Shown here: in pieces, positions 8,855 through 18,891 of the stretch | How the letters are laid out: each line of letters opens with the position of its first letter | Position numbering within the stretch: the stretch's first letter is position 1 | Notes under the pieces: model-generated | The model's input: only the letters and a program-made list of their open reading frames with translations | What the model was told of the DNA's origin: nothing | The model's database searches: none | Made by a program: the position numbers and the translations under genes | Virus record (IMG/VR): IMGVR_UViG_3300035156_000168 | Location: 1 to 63,934 of that record | Source of the DNA: a virus | Taxonomy: Duplodnaviria; Caudoviricetes | Reading direction: 5' to 3' (one strand) | Length of the DNA stretch: 63,934 nt

Positions 8855-9112
8855 ATGGCACATCGGGCATACCGAGGTGCACACCAACGCACCCGAGCCA
8901 AGCTGTTGCCCGCTGCCATAGGTACACCATGCCCCATCTGCGGACTCACCATGCATGCATGGATGGCACTCGACCTCGACCACAGCAACCCCGAAGACAA
9001 ACAACGCGGGCTGCCCGGTGACCGCATCGTGTGCGCCAAGTGCAACAGGTCACGAGGCGGAGGACCAACACTCGTCGCACCGAAGAACCACACACCATCG
9101 CGGAACTGGTGA
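8855..9112 (+). CDS. packaging-associated HNH endonuclease
   Basis: CPICG, LDLDH, CAKCNRSRG immediately upstream of the terminase genes. Confidence 0.8.
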   Translation: MAHRAYRGAHQRTRAKLLPAAIGTPCPICGLTMHAWMALDLDHSNPEDKQRGLPGDRIVCAKCNRSRGGGPTLVAPKNHTPSRNW

Positions 9113-9190
9113 AGTGGTGGGGGAGGAACCCCAAACCCGATCGCCCGCCGGGACCGCCGCCGTCCTGTCGTTTCTCTCTCCGCAGGATGT

Positions 9191-9445
9191 TTGGGGGTTG
9201 CTGTGGTTGGTGAGCCGTTGGATGTGGTGGCTGAAAGTGGTGATAGGGGTGCTGCTTTGGCTGCGTTGAGGGATCTGTTGGCGCGTGAGTTGGTGGCTTC
9301 TGATGGCCGTGGGACGGCTGCTTTGGCGCGTGAGTTTCGGGACACGCTGCGGGATTTGGCGGCTGTTGCGACACCTGAGGGGGATGCGGTTGACGAACTT
9401 GCTCAGGAGCGAGCTAAGAGGCGTTCAGCAGCCTCGGCTCAGTAG
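9191..9445 (+). CDS. terminase small subunit
   Basis: Short helical ORF ending DAVDELAQERAKRR, overlaps TerL start; start uncertain. Confidence 0.7.
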   Translation: MGVAVVGEPLDVVAESGDRGAALAALRDLLARELVASDGRGTAALAREFRDTLRDLAAVATPEGDAVDELAQERAKRRSAASAQ

Positions 9446-10877
9446 TTGTCCCCCGGTTTCGTCGTCGGCTGGCGACGACGCGATTCGGTTGGCGGCTTCT
9501 GCTGGTTTGTTTCTGGATGAGTGGCAGCAATTGGTGTTGCGGCGGTCGTTGGGGGAGCGTCCTGACGGTAAGTGGGTGACGCCGGACGTGGCTTTGGTTG
9601 TCAGCCGACAGAACGGCAAGAATGCGGTGCTTGAGGCCCGCGAGTTGGCTGGGTTGTTCTTGTTCGGCGAGGAACTGATCATCCATACGGCGCATGAGAT
9701 GAAGGCGGCGGCGGTGACGTTCCGGCGCATTGTGTCGCTGATTCAGGGAACCCCGTCGCTGTTGAAGCGGGTGCGGAACATCGCGTACAGCAAGGGCGAT
9801 GAGGGTGTCGAGCTGCACAACGGGAACCGCCTGCGGTTCATGGCTCGCACGGGCGGTTCCGGTCGGTCGTTTTCGGCTGACACGCTGATTCTCGACGAGG
9901 CGTACAACCTGCCTGACCACGTCATGAACGCTTTGACGCCGACGTTGGCGGCTCGTCCGAACCCGCAGGTCTGGTACACGTCGTCGGCTGTGAACCAGAT
10001 CGAGCATCCGCACGGGTTGACGTTGGCGCGGGTGCGTCGGCGGGCGTTGGCTGGCGGCGACCCGCAGTTGGCTTACAGCGAGTGGTCGGGTGACGAGTCG
10101 GCTTACGCCGCCGACCCGAAGGCATACGCGCAGGACCGTGCCGCGTGGGCGGTGGCGAACCCGGGGCTGGGGATTCGCATCCCCGAGGAGTTTTTGGAGT
10201 CGCAGCTGCGGCGCATGGGCCCGACGGGGTTCGCGACGGAGCACATGTCGATCGGCGACTGGCCGGACGAGCCGGACACCGACAAGCATTATGTGGTCGA
10301 CCCTGAACGGTGGTCGGAGTTGGTGGATCGGCTGTCGGAGCCGACTGACCCTGTGTCGTTCGGCATCGCAGCATCGCAGGACCGTTCGTCTGCCGCGATC
10401 TGTGTGGCTGGGCAGCGGTTAGACGGGTTGGTGCACGTCGAGGTCGTTGATCAGCGCAAGGGCGTGGCGTGGGTTGTGGACAGGATGGTCGAGCTTGATC
10501 GCCGGCAGCGTCCGTGTGCGGTGGTGGTTGATCCTGGCGGGCCTGCGGGTTCGCTGATTATGCCGTTGGAGCAGGCTGGTGTGGCGGTGCAGAAGGTGAC
10601 GGCCCGCGAGTACGCGCAGGCGTGCGGCAGGTTTTTTGTGGCTGCTTCGGAGCGGTCGGATGAGACGCCTGCCGGGGGTTTGCGGCATCAGGACGACATG
10701 CGTCTCAATCTGGCGTTGGAGAACGCGCACACCCGTCCGCTGTCTGAGGCGTGGGCGTGGGACTCGAAAGCGGGAACTGTCGACATCAGCCCGTTGGCTG
10801 CTGTGACGCTCGCAATGCGCGGCTTGGACACTTACCTGGCGACCTCACGCAACAACGGATGGATGGTGTCGCTGTGA
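9384..10877 (+). CDS. terL: terminase large subunit
   Basis: Walker A SRQNGKN, Walker B LILDEA, ANPGLG, C-terminal DISPL. Confidence 0.95.
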   Translation: MRLTNLLRSELRGVQQPRLSSCPPVSSSAGDDAIRLAASAGLFLDEWQQLVLRRSLGERPDGKWVTPDVALVVSRQNGKNAVLEARELAGLFLFGEELIIHTAHEMKAAAVTFRRIVSLIQGTPSLLKRVRNIAYSKGDEGVELHNGNRLRFMARTGGSGRSFSADTLILDEAYNLPDHVMNALTPTLAARPNPQVWYTSSAVNQIEHPHGLTLARVRRRALAGGDPQLAYSEWSGDESAYAADPKAYAQDRAAWAVANPGLGIRIPEEFLESQLRRMGPTGFATEHMSIGDWPDEPDTDKHYVVDPERWSELVDRLSEPTDPVSFGIAASQDRSSAAICVAGQRLDGLVHVEVVDQRKGVAWVVDRMVELDRRQRPCAVVVDPGGPAGSLIMPLEQAGVAVQKVTAREYAQACGRFFVAASERSDETPAGGLRHQDDMRLNLALENAHTRPLSEAWAWDSKAGTVDISPLAAVTLAMRGLDTYLATSRNNGWMVSL

Positions 10878-12391
10878 CCGCTGAACTGATGGCGGTCATG
10901 GCGGGCGACATCGATCGGCGTTGCCAGGGGCGGAACGGCGAGCCGGGTTACACGCTGCTCGGGCAATATCTGTCGGGGTCGCAGCCGTTGCGGTTCCTGC
11001 ACCCTGAGGTTGTGTCGCAGGTCGGGGACCGGTTGACGTCGCTGGTCATCAACTGGGCGCGGGTTGTGGTTGGTGCAGTCGAGGAACGTCTGGACGTTGA
11101 GGGGTTTCGGCTGCCGGGTGTTGACGGCACGGATGACCTGTTGTGGGAGCAGTGGCAGGGCAACAATTTGGACGAGTGGTCGCAGCTCGGGCATGTGGAT
11201 GCGATGACGAACGGACGCGCGTTTGGGTTGGTTTGGTCCGACCCTGACCAGCCGGACATGCCGCGTATCACTGTCGAGTCGGCGACGCAGATGACGGTGA
11301 TGTACCGTGCGGGTTCGCGTCGGATTGAGTCGGCGGCGAAGGTGTACGCCAACCCTGACCTGGGCCCGAACCGTGTGGGTGGTGGGCGGATCGGCTGGCT
11401 GTATCTGCCTGACCGTGCCGAGCAGTACGTGTCGACGGGCAGTTACGGCGCGTGGGAGTTGCAGGACGTCAAACCGAACACGCTCGGCGTGGTGCCTGTG
11501 GTGCCCTTGGTGAACCGCCCGAAGCTGACGGACCTGTCGGGTGAGTCCGAGCTGGTGGACGTGCTGCCGTTGGTGGATGCGGTCAACAAGCTGGGCACCG
11601 ACATGATGGTGTCGTCTGAGTTCCACGCGATGCCGCGCCGATACGCGACGGGCATTGAGATTCCGCGCGAGGTGTTGGCGAACGACCGGTTGCGGTCTGA
11701 GGTTGCGGCGAAGTGGGACGACGCCACGAAGGGTAAGACGTGGCTGGCTGGCCCGGGCGTTCAGTTCGGGCAGTTCCCTGAGGCGACGCTCGACAACTTC
11801 ATCAACGCCATCAAAATGTTGGAAGGCGCGATCGCCGCCATCGGCGGGCTGCCGCCGCACTATATGGGTTTGGCGTCGGACAACCCGGCGTCGGCTGACG
11901 CGATCCGTTCCGCTGAGGCCTCTTTGGTGAAGCGGGCGTTGCGGAAGCAGACAGCGTTCGGTGGGTCGTGGGAGGAAGTGCAGCGGCTCGGTGTGTGTGT
12001 CCGTTTGGGCATTCCGCGCGCTGACCTCGACCCGGCGTTTGAGCGGCTTGAGACGCAGTGGAAGGACCCGACGACACCGACGCCGGCGCAGAAAGCTGAC
12101 GCTGCCGTGAAGTTAGTGACCGGGGAACGTCCGATCATCGACGTCGACCAGGCCCGTGAGGATTTGGGTTACACCCCGGCGCAGATTACGGCGATGAATG
12201 CCCGCGCGGACCGGGCTCGTGCTGAGGCTGTGACAGCTGATGTGCGTGCCCGTGTCGACCAGGCGGACGAGTTGATGGCGTCGCAGGGTTTGTCGCAGGC
12301 GTCGGCGTTTGCCGCTGTCGGTTTGTTGGCTGCTGCGCAGCAGATTACGACGACGCCTTCCGTGGCGTCCGGCGGTCAACCCGCCGCATAG
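10874..12391 (+). CDS. portal protein (SPP1 gp6-like)
   Basis: NWARVVV...ERL, VPVVPLVNRP, G.SEL, NPASADAIR; follows TerL. Confidence 0.92.
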   Translation: MTAELMAVMAGDIDRRCQGRNGEPGYTLLGQYLSGSQPLRFLHPEVVSQVGDRLTSLVINWARVVVGAVEERLDVEGFRLPGVDGTDDLLWEQWQGNNLDEWSQLGHVDAMTNGRAFGLVWSDPDQPDMPRITVESATQMTVMYRAGSRRIESAAKVYANPDLGPNRVGGGRIGWLYLPDRAEQYVSTGSYGAWELQDVKPNTLGVVPVVPLVNRPKLTDLSGESELVDVLPLVDAVNKLGTDMMVSSEFHAMPRRYATGIEIPREVLANDRLRSEVAAKWDDATKGKTWLAGPGVQFGQFPEATLDNFINAIKMLEGAIAAIGGLPPHYMGLASDNPASADAIRSAEASLVKRALRKQTAFGGSWEEVQRLGVCVRLGIPRADLDPAFERLETQWKDPTTPTPAQKADAAVKLVTGERPIIDVDQAREDLGYTPAQITAMNARADRARAEAVTADVRARVDQADELMASQGLSQASAFAAVGLLAAAQQITTTPSVASGGQPAA

Positions 12392-12457
12392 TTCACCGTT
12401 TCGGCGTGATGCCGTGACGGGCACCTATCGAGGGCGTGACGCCCGAGGAGGAACAGC

Positions 12458-13063
12458 ATGTCCGAAGGAAGCACGGAGCAGAACACCGAAACCGTTGTCA
12501 CTGCGGTCGAGGAGAAGAAAACCGAAACGCCGAAGCCTGAGGTCAACCTAGACCTAGTGAAGGTGCAGGCGGCGCTCGACAAGGAACGCGAGCTGCGCAA
12601 GGCGGCCGAGAAAGAGGCGAAGACGCGCGGCTCCCGGCTCGATGAGTTGGAGTCGGCTGGCAAGTCGGACCTGGAGAAGGCGATCGACGCGGCTCGGCGT
12701 GAAGCTGAGGCGAAGGCCGACGAGCGGGTCACTGCGGCGCAGCAACGCGTCAATGCACGTCTGGTTGCTGCTGAGGTGCGGGCGATTGCTGCCGAGAAGC
12801 AGTTCCGCAGCCCCGGTGTGGTGTCCAAACTTCTCGATCTCACCGCTATCGACGTCGACGAGGACGGCACGGTCGACGCGGGCGCGATCGTCAAGCAACT
12901 CGACCAGTTGGCGAAAGAACACGACTACCTGCTCATCGACAACGGCCCGAAACGCCCACAGGGAGATGTCGGGCAGGGTCCGCGCACTGCTGTGACCCCT
13001 GAAACAACCCCTGGCCTAGGTCGGCTCCGCGCTGCTTACGCCGCCTCACCCACCAACAAGTAA
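12458..13063 (+). CDS. scaffolding protein
   Basis: Charged coiled coil between portal and capsid; GAGGAGG RBS. Confidence 0.8.
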   Translation: MSEGSTEQNTETVVTAVEEKKTETPKPEVNLDLVKVQAALDKERELRKAAEKEAKTRGSRLDELESAGKSDLEKAIDAARREAEAKADERVTAAQQRVNARLVAAEVRAIAAEKQFRSPGVVSKLLDLTAIDVDEDGTVDAGAIVKQLDQLAKEHDYLLIDNGPKRPQGDVGQGPRTAVTPETTPGLGRLRAAYAASPTNK

Positions 13064-13114
13064 CACTCCCCTGCGGCTGTCGCTGGCGGGGTAAACCTGA
13101 AAGGAAGACCCCCA

Positions 13115-14062
13115 ATGGCCGTAACCCTGGCCCAAGCCGCTGTTCTTTCGCAGAACACGCTCGCTCGCGGCGTCATGGAGACGTTCGTCATCGAGTCGAC
13201 CGTGCTCGACCGCATTCCCCTCATGCAGATTGAGGGCAACGCGTACGCCTACACCAAGGAGCTTGCGCTTCCCGGTGTCGCGTTCCGGTCGGTGAACGAG
13301 GCCTACGTCGAGTCGACCGGCACGTTCGTGCAGGCGACTGAGGCGCTGGTCATCCTCGGCGGCGACGCCGACGTGGACCGGTTCATCGTCCAGACCCGCG
13401 GCAATCTGCAGGACCAGCGCGCCGCTCAGACCCGCGCGAAGGTGAAGGCAGCTGCCTACAAATTCCAGGACACGTTCATCAACGGCGACGTGACCGTGGA
13501 CACCAAGAGCTTTGACGGGCTCAAGAAGCGCCTCACCGGCGCTCAGGTCATCTCGTCGGGCACGAACGGCGCACCGATCGTCGGCAACGGCGGCACGGAC
13601 GCGATGTCGTTCCTCGACCGTCTCGACGACTTGTTCGGCGCTGTCGCTGGCGGCCCCGACGTCGTCTACGCCAACTCGGCGGTGCGTTCGCGTATCCGTG
13701 CGGCAGCTCGTCGTGTCGGCGGGTCCGATGTCGTCGAGAACGACCTGAACGGCAAGCGGCAGCTCGTCTGGAACGGTGTGCCGATTGTGGACATCGGCAC
13801 CAAGGCCGACGGGTCGCTGATCATCCCGCAGACCGAGGTGCAGGGTTCGTCGTCTGTCGCGTCGTCCATCTACGCGGTGAAGTTCGGCAACGACGAAACC
13901 GACCAGGCCGTCACCGGTCTGACCAACGGCGGCGTGCAGGTGTACGACCTCGGCGAGGTGTCCGACAAGCCTGTCTACCGCACCCGGCTGGAGTTCTACT
14001 GCGGCCTCGCGACGTTCGGCGGTCAGGCCGCCGCCCGTCTCACCGGCGTCCTCGCCTCCTGA
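13115..14062 (+). CDS. major capsid protein
   Basis: 315 aa, FRSVNE, GGDADVDRFI, FINGD, FDGL; GAAAGGA RBS; strong codon bias. Confidence 0.9.
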   Translation: MAVTLAQAAVLSQNTLARGVMETFVIESTVLDRIPLMQIEGNAYAYTKELALPGVAFRSVNEAYVESTGTFVQATEALVILGGDADVDRFIVQTRGNLQDQRAAQTRAKVKAAAYKFQDTFINGDVTVDTKSFDGLKKRLTGAQVISSGTNGAPIVGNGGTDAMSFLDRLDDLFGAVAGGPDVVYANSAVRSRIRAAARRVGGSDVVENDLNGKRQLVWNGVPIVDIGTKADGSLIIPQTEVQGSSSVASSIYAVKFGNDETDQAVTGLTNGGVQVYDLGEVSDKPVYRTRLEFYCGLATFGGQAAARLTGVLAS

Positions 14063-14093
14063 CCGACCCAACTCGACGACAAGGAAAACTGAC

Positions 14094-14474
14094 ATGGCTG
14101 TAACCAACGCTCAGGCCGAGCAGAAGCCCCCAGTGGCTGCTGCGGCGCAGAAAACCACCCTCGACAGTGATGTGTCGAAGCCCGGTGTTGTCGCTCCCGG
14201 CGACGCCCCGTTCGACACCGTCGACGCGACCGAAATCGCCACGTCGGTCCGTGGCGACAAGATGTCCGCCGGCTTGGCCGGGTTCGGCGTCGTCAACGCT
14301 GTCGTCAAGCTGGACCGGATTCCCGGTCACCTCAGCCCCGAGGACGTCGCGAAGTTCAACGGCGGCCCGGACGGCGGCGGTGAGCGCTCGGAGACGTACC
14401 AGGCTGTGAGCCCGGACGGCAAGATCGTCACCGTCAACCACAACATCGACACCGGCGAGACGTCGGTTTCCTGA
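14094..14474 (+). CDS. hypothetical virion protein
   Basis: AAGGA RBS, directly after capsid gene. Confidence 0.6.
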   Translation: MAVTNAQAEQKPPVAAAAQKTTLDSDVSKPGVVAPGDAPFDTVDATEIATSVRGDKMSAGLAGFGVVNAVVKLDRIPGHLSPEDVAKFNGGPDGGGERSETYQAVSPDGKIVTVNHNIDTGETSVS

Positions 14475-14478
14475 CCTC

Positions 14479-15039
14479 ATGGAGCCGTTCGCTTCTCCCG
14501 CCGAGCTTGCCACCTATCTGCAGTCGGCGACGCAGGCTGAGGCGGACGCTGGTAGTGGCGACGTTCTGGAAACAGGCGTCGCCACGCAAGCCCTTGCGGC
14601 GGCGTCGGGTGCCATTCGTGCGGCGTGTGGCTGGTCTATAAGCCAGGAGACGGTGTCCGGCAGCGTGACGTTGGCGTCGGGGTCGTGTGTGTTCCTGCCG
14701 ACGTTGTATTTGACGGCGGTGTCGTTGACGTCGGGTGGGTTGGCGTTGGTGGACGGCGCCGATTTCACGTGGTCGCGGAATGGGTTGTTGCGGCGTTCGG
14801 CGTTGACTCGGTATTGGTTGGGGTCGGTGGAGATCACCTACACCCACGGCTACGTCACTGTGCCTGATGCTGTGAAGGCTGTGTGTCTCGAGCGGGCGGC
14901 TCAGCAGGTGGTAAATCCGTTGCAGATGGCGTCGGCGACTGTCGGCGGTGTGGTGGATGTGTATCGCCGTGCTGAGGCTGGCAGCGATTTGGCGTCCGAT
15001 CCGCGTTTGGCGCCGTTCATGCTCCCGGCCATCGGATGA
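14479..15039 (+). CDS. head-to-tail adaptor
   Basis: FASPAEL, ASGAIR..CGW, TYTHGY..VPD. Confidence 0.8.
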   Translation: MEPFASPAELATYLQSATQAEADAGSGDVLETGVATQALAAASGAIRAACGWSISQETVSGSVTLASGSCVFLPTLYLTAVSLTSGGLALVDGADFTWSRNGLLRRSALTRYWLGSVEITYTHGYVTVPDAVKAVCLERAAQQVVNPLQMASATVGGVVDVYRRAEAGSDLASDPRLAPFMLPAIG

Positions 15040-15365
15040 GGCTGAACGACAAGGTCAGCATCCTGTCGGCTGGCGACCTCGCGGAGGACTCTCACGGCAA
15101 CCCTGTTGTCGACTGGGACAACGCTGCGGTGAAGGTGGAGCCGGCGCAGGTGGTGCCGGTGTCCAGTTCGGAGAACGTAAGTGCTCAGGACACGGTGACG
15201 ACTAGGTGGCGGGTGTTCCTGTTGCCGATGACGGCTGCCGGGTCTGAGTCGCGGATTCTGTGGCGCGGGCTCACCTATGAGGTGGACGGCGACGTGGAGT
15301 TGCACACCGACTCGCGCAGCCGTCCGCATCACCGGGAGGCGTTGCTGCTGCGGGTGTCGGGATGA
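15036..15365 (+). CDS. head-to-tail stopper
   Basis: D.HGN...DW, TYEVDG, HHREA.L.RVSG. Confidence 0.8.
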   Translation: MRLNDKVSILSAGDLAEDSHGNPVVDWDNAAVKVEPAQVVPVSSSENVSAQDTVTTRWRVFLLPMTAAGSESRILWRGLTYEVDGDVELHTDSRSRPHHREALLLRVSG

Positions 15366-15589
15366 TCGGCCGTTCTGGCGGATACGTCGGCCCCGGCTCG
15401 CCGACCGACGATCGGGTGCCCGGCGGGTTCTTCGGCTGTCACTACGCGCTGCCCACGCCGGTGAGCAAGGGTGAGTACTTAATGCCGATGACCGTGCGGT
15501 GCCCGAGGCGGAACCATCGCCATCGCATCTGGCGCCGATTGGCGTTGCCACGACTGCCTGACCGAACGGCTGACGATGCTTCTGCCTGA
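15362..15589 (+). CDS. small ORF carrying a tape-measure-like motif
   Basis: GGYVGPGSPTDDRVP...SKGEYLM. Confidence 0.4.
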   Translation: MIGRSGGYVGPGSPTDDRVPGGFFGCHYALPTPVSKGEYLMPMTVRCPRRNHRHRIWRRLALPRLPDRTADDASA

Positions 15590-15968
15590 CGCCGAAGCGT
15601 TGCTGATTGCGGCGTTGAAAGCGCAGCCGTCGGTGACTGCACTGTGCGGCGGCAGGGTTGGCACCCGCCTATCAGGCACCTACCCCGCCATTCGTGTCAC
15701 AACCCTTGGTGGCGGCGAGTCTGTCACCGACACCGGTTCACCTGATTTGCAGGTGGAGTGCTGGGGTGACGGCACCGGCTCCGCAGCCGAAACACAGGCG
15801 TCGGATCTAGCACGGACGGTGCATTCGGTCGGCGGCAGTCTTCGCGGCACCTATGGGCCGGGGACGGTTGTCGGGTCGTGGACGTACGGCCTGCCGCTCC
15901 ACAGTCCTGACGGGGCCACGTCGAGGGAACGCTACATCGTCACCGTCGGCGTCACCCTCCAACCGTGA
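15576..15968 (+). CDS. tail terminator
   Basis: LPDAE.LLI..L, LQVECWG; synteny. Confidence 0.7.
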   Translation: MLLPDAEALLIAALKAQPSVTALCGGRVGTRLSGTYPAIRVTTLGGGESVTDTGSPDLQVECWGDGTGSAAETQASDLARTVHSVGGSLRGTYGPGTVVGSWTYGLPLHSPDGATSRERYIVTVGVTLQP

Positions 15969-16174
15969 ACCGGCCACGCCAGTACACCGACGAAGTTTTG
16001 GCGGCGCAACGGCAGATGGCCGCTGAACGCGGCGACGACCCACCGCCTGCACCCGAAGGCCAGGTCCGCTACCACATCGCCGTCGACCCGAAACATCTGC
16101 ACCAAGGCACCGCCGACCGTTACACGGTGGCGTCCATTTTGCGCGCCATCGCCGACCAGCTCGACCACATCTAG
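15965..16174 (+). CDS. hypothetical
   Basis: GTGA coupling; ends LRAIADQLD. Confidence 0.5.
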   Translation: MNRPRQYTDEVLAAQRQMAAERGDDPPPAPEGQVRYHIAVDPKHLHQGTADRYTVASILRAIADQLDHI

Positions 16175-16414
16175 CCGCGGAGACTGATCCGCTTCAACGT
16201 CCCGTCGCCGGCTCGTTCTGTGACGACTTCGATCTTGGCGAACGTGTGCCCGCACGGCCACAGCGTGTGATCCAGCCCTAGCGCCGTTTCAATGCTGCCC
16301 ACACGCTCCTCGCACTGCGGGCAGCGCGCACCGAAGTCCCATAAATCGCTTTGGAGTGAGGCGTCTGTCGTCTCTAATTTCATCCGTCAATCGTCCCACA
16401 ACAAGGAGAACCCA

Positions 16415-16729
16415 ATGGCTGAGAAGTCAGCAGCAGCACCGATCGCGACGCCGGACGAAGTGGCGAAGCTGGCCGAAGCCCAAGACGCCGAGTACGGGAC
16501 ATTCATTGCCGCCGCACCGATCGCGTTCAACGGCGCCAACGCCTACAACGCGGGCGACATTGTGCCGGTGTCGAACGTCAAGAAGTACGGCTATGACACC
16601 ACAGGTCAGGTCGTGAAGATCGGATCCGCTGCCGCGCAGAAGATCGTCGGTGCCGTGCACTCTCAGAACGCCACCGTCCAGCAGGTCGAAGTGCCCGTCG
16701 TTTCGCTCGGCGTCCCCGTCAAAGACTAA
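16415..16729 (+). CDS. hypothetical virion protein
   Basis: AAGGAG RBS; AYNAGD.VPVSNV. Confidence 0.6.
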   Translation: MAEKSAAAPIATPDEVAKLAEAQDAEYGTFIAAAPIAFNGANAYNAGDIVPVSNVKKYGYDTTGQVVKIGSAAAQKIVGAVHSQNATVQQVEVPVVSLGVPVKD

Positions 16730-17507
16730 GAAGCTTCTTGGCGGCACGTTGGCGAGCAACCTTTTCACGCTGACACTGTCGACAAGACCTGCCGCCACGA
16801 GGCATTCTCTCGTTTGGCGGAATCCGGTAGGTGTTCTCCTCGGTGAACTCGTGACCTCGCTTGCAGTGCGTCTTGCCGATGTTTGCGAGTACGGGGTTCG
16901 GCTTTCCTGTTGGTGGCTTTCGCTTGAGTTGGTGCATCCGCTCGCATTCCAAGCAGGATCGCCCACCGTTCGGTAAGCGGTCGCTGACTGGAATGACGCG
17001 GGTGTTCCCAGGTGTGAACTCGTGACCTCGCTTGCAGTGAGTCTTCAAGACGTTCCTGTTGATGCCTCGGTTGGTATTGATCTTCTGCGTCACAGGCTCA
17101 AGATGATCGGGCCGAACACACGCTCTATGTGGGCAGGCATCACCGCCAACGCACTCTGTCTTCGCGCGAGTGTGACAAAGATGGTCAAGACCGAGCCCCT
17201 CTGGCACGGGTCCAACGAGCGATTCATACGCATATATGTGCGCGATCACCTGTTGCCTCTTGTCGCCTTCCTGGCGGTGGAAACTTCCGTAGCCATGTGA
17301 CAGCCCGCCCGTCCAGATCCAGCAGGTGTCTGTCTTGGTGACGTGACTCCAAAAGCGTGTCGTCTCGTCTTGCTTCCACCTGTTGTCCGTGAACGTGGGG
17401 TCTCCCCACTTTTTCCACCGCTGGTAGTGCTTCCCGCACATCCCGCGCGCGAGCAGGGCGCCCATGCAGTACCTGCCGTTTTCGTACACTCCGCAACCGC
17501 GTGCCAT
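16719..17507 (-). CDS. HNH homing endonuclease, antisense in tail operon
   Basis: CWIWTG, LDHLC, CVRPDHLEPVT..N, two KTHCKRGHEFT repeats; extended -10 TGCTATAGT 6 nt before ATG (leaderless). Confidence 0.9.
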   Translation of the reverse strand: MARGCGVYENGRYCMGALLARGMCGKHYQRWKKWGDPTFTDNRWKQDETTRFWSHVTKTDTCWIWTGGLSHGYGSFHRQEGDKRQQVIAHIYAYESLVGPVPEGLGLDHLCHTRAKTECVGGDACPHRACVRPDHLEPVTQKINTNRGINRNVLKTHCKRGHEFTPGNTRVIPVSDRLPNGGRSCLECERMHQLKRKPPTGKPNPVLANIGKTHCKRGHEFTEENTYRIPPNERMPRGGRSCRQCQREKVARQRAAKKLLSL

Positions 17508-17542
17508 AGGACGACTATAGCACACCTGAGAGGATCAGTTTA

Positions 17543-18124
17543 ATGGCTCCTGCCGCCGTAGTTACACCTAACTTGCTTGTGGACCCGGGCTTTTTGTTCT
17601 GGGCTCCGCTGGGGACCACCCTTCCCACGAACACTGTGACTGCCTCAGTGTTTAGCGACACTTGGCCGGTGGCCTGGCTGCCACTCGGGGCCACAACTGA
17701 GGGTTCCACCCTGTCGTACGAAACCTCTGTGGAGGCGATGTCGGTTGCGGAGTTCTTCGACCCCATCAAGTACGCCACAGTGTCCCGCACCGGCACCCTG
17801 TCGTTCTCGCTGGCGAACTTTTCGCTGACCAACCTAAAGCGGGCTTTGAACGGCCCCAGCCCGACCGTCAGCGGCGCGACGACCACCACCATGAGCACCC
17901 TGGTCCTGCCGACACCAGGCGCTGAGGTTCGATCGATGATCGGCTGGGAGTCGTCCGACTCCACCGTCCGCGTAGTCGTGCATCAGGCGCTCAGCTCGGG
18001 CACGATTGAGATGGCGTTCCAGAAGGCACCGGACTTCGCTTCGATTCCGTTCGAGTGGAACATGGAGGTGCCCTCGTCGGGTCAGCCGTTCTCCATGTGG
18101 ACCGCTGGTGTGGCGCGGGGCTGA
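17543..18124 (+). CDS. major tail protein
   Basis: APLGT..P, W.PLGAT.EG; GAGAGG RBS; synteny. Confidence 0.85.
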   Translation: MAPAAVVTPNLLVDPGFLFWAPLGTTLPTNTVTASVFSDTWPVAWLPLGATTEGSTLSYETSVEAMSVAEFFDPIKYATVSRTGTLSFSLANFSLTNLKRALNGPSPTVSGATTTTMSTLVLPTPGAEVRSMIGWESSDSTVRVVVHQALSSGTIEMAFQKAPDFASIPFEWNMEVPSSGQPFSMWTAGVARG

Positions 18125-18127
18125 CCT

Positions 18128-18649
18128 GTGGCGTCGATCGGCAAGTTCGGGAAGCCGCGTCCGCAGTCGGAGCAGGCTGACCCTGACACGTTCGAGTGGT
18201 ACGGCTCGGACATTCGGTTGCAGTCGGGCATCAACCAGGTGCGGCTCATCAACTTGATGGCGACTGCACGGTCGGTGGATTCCGACTCGCCGGCGGCTGC
18301 GGCGATCATCCGCGACCTGTTTGAGATGGTGGTTGAGCGCGACGACTTCGCCAACTTTTGGCAGCTGGCGGAGGACAACTGGGTCGAGACAGAAGACCTA
18401 GTTGAACTGTCGCAGGTGTTGATGGAGGCGGTCACGAACCGCCCTACCAGGAGGCGGCCCGACTCCTCAGTTGGGCAGCCGCAAACACCGGTGAACTTGC
18501 AGGCAGGCTCCTCCTCGCAGGTGTCGCCTGGTCCCGTGGAGGAGACGACACCGGTGGCGCATCGCCCGGATTTGGTGCTGTTGCAGCAGAACGGGAAGGC
18601 GACGCGCGAGGAGATGGAACGCAAGGTCCGTCAGGCGATGGTCAGCTGA
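18128..18649 (+). CDS. tail assembly chaperone
   Basis: Between major tail and TMP; RPT motif followed by low-complexity tail. Confidence 0.7.
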   Translation: MASIGKFGKPRPQSEQADPDTFEWYGSDIRLQSGINQVRLINLMATARSVDSDSPAAAAIIRDLFEMVVERDDFANFWQLAEDNWVETEDLVELSQVLMEAVTNRPTRRRPDSSVGQPQTPVNLQAGSSSQVSPGPVEETTPVAHRPDLVLLQQNGKATREEMERKVRQAMVS

Positions 18650-18891
18650 CGCTCGCCGAGATCGCGAACGCCGCCTATGTGGTGTTGCTCGACGAGGTGT
18701 TGGCGCGGGCGATGTCTGAACGTCAGGTGACGGCGACGTTGGCGGCGGCTGGGATGAAGGATAAGTCGGGTAAGCCGATCAAGATCATTGACCCGGACGA
18801 GGAGCGTAAGTCCTTCCATGAGCGGCTGCGGCGGCCGTTCGACTTTGAGCAGCGGCAGGCTGCTGTGTTGAAGGTGGTGGGTTCGGCGTGA
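18442..18891 (+). CDS. -1 frame extension of tail assembly chaperone
   Basis: -1 frame open 18406-18891, reads PYQEAARLLSWAAAN..ELAGRLLLAGV from CGCCCTAC. Confidence 0.55.
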   Translation, partial: PYQEAARLLSWAAANTGELAGRLLLAGVAWSRGGDDTGGASPGFGAVAAEREGDARGDGTQGPSGDGQLTLAEIANAAYVVLLDEVLARAMSERQVTATLAAAGMKDKSGKPIKIIDPDEERKSFHERLRRPFDFEQRQAAVLKVVGSA

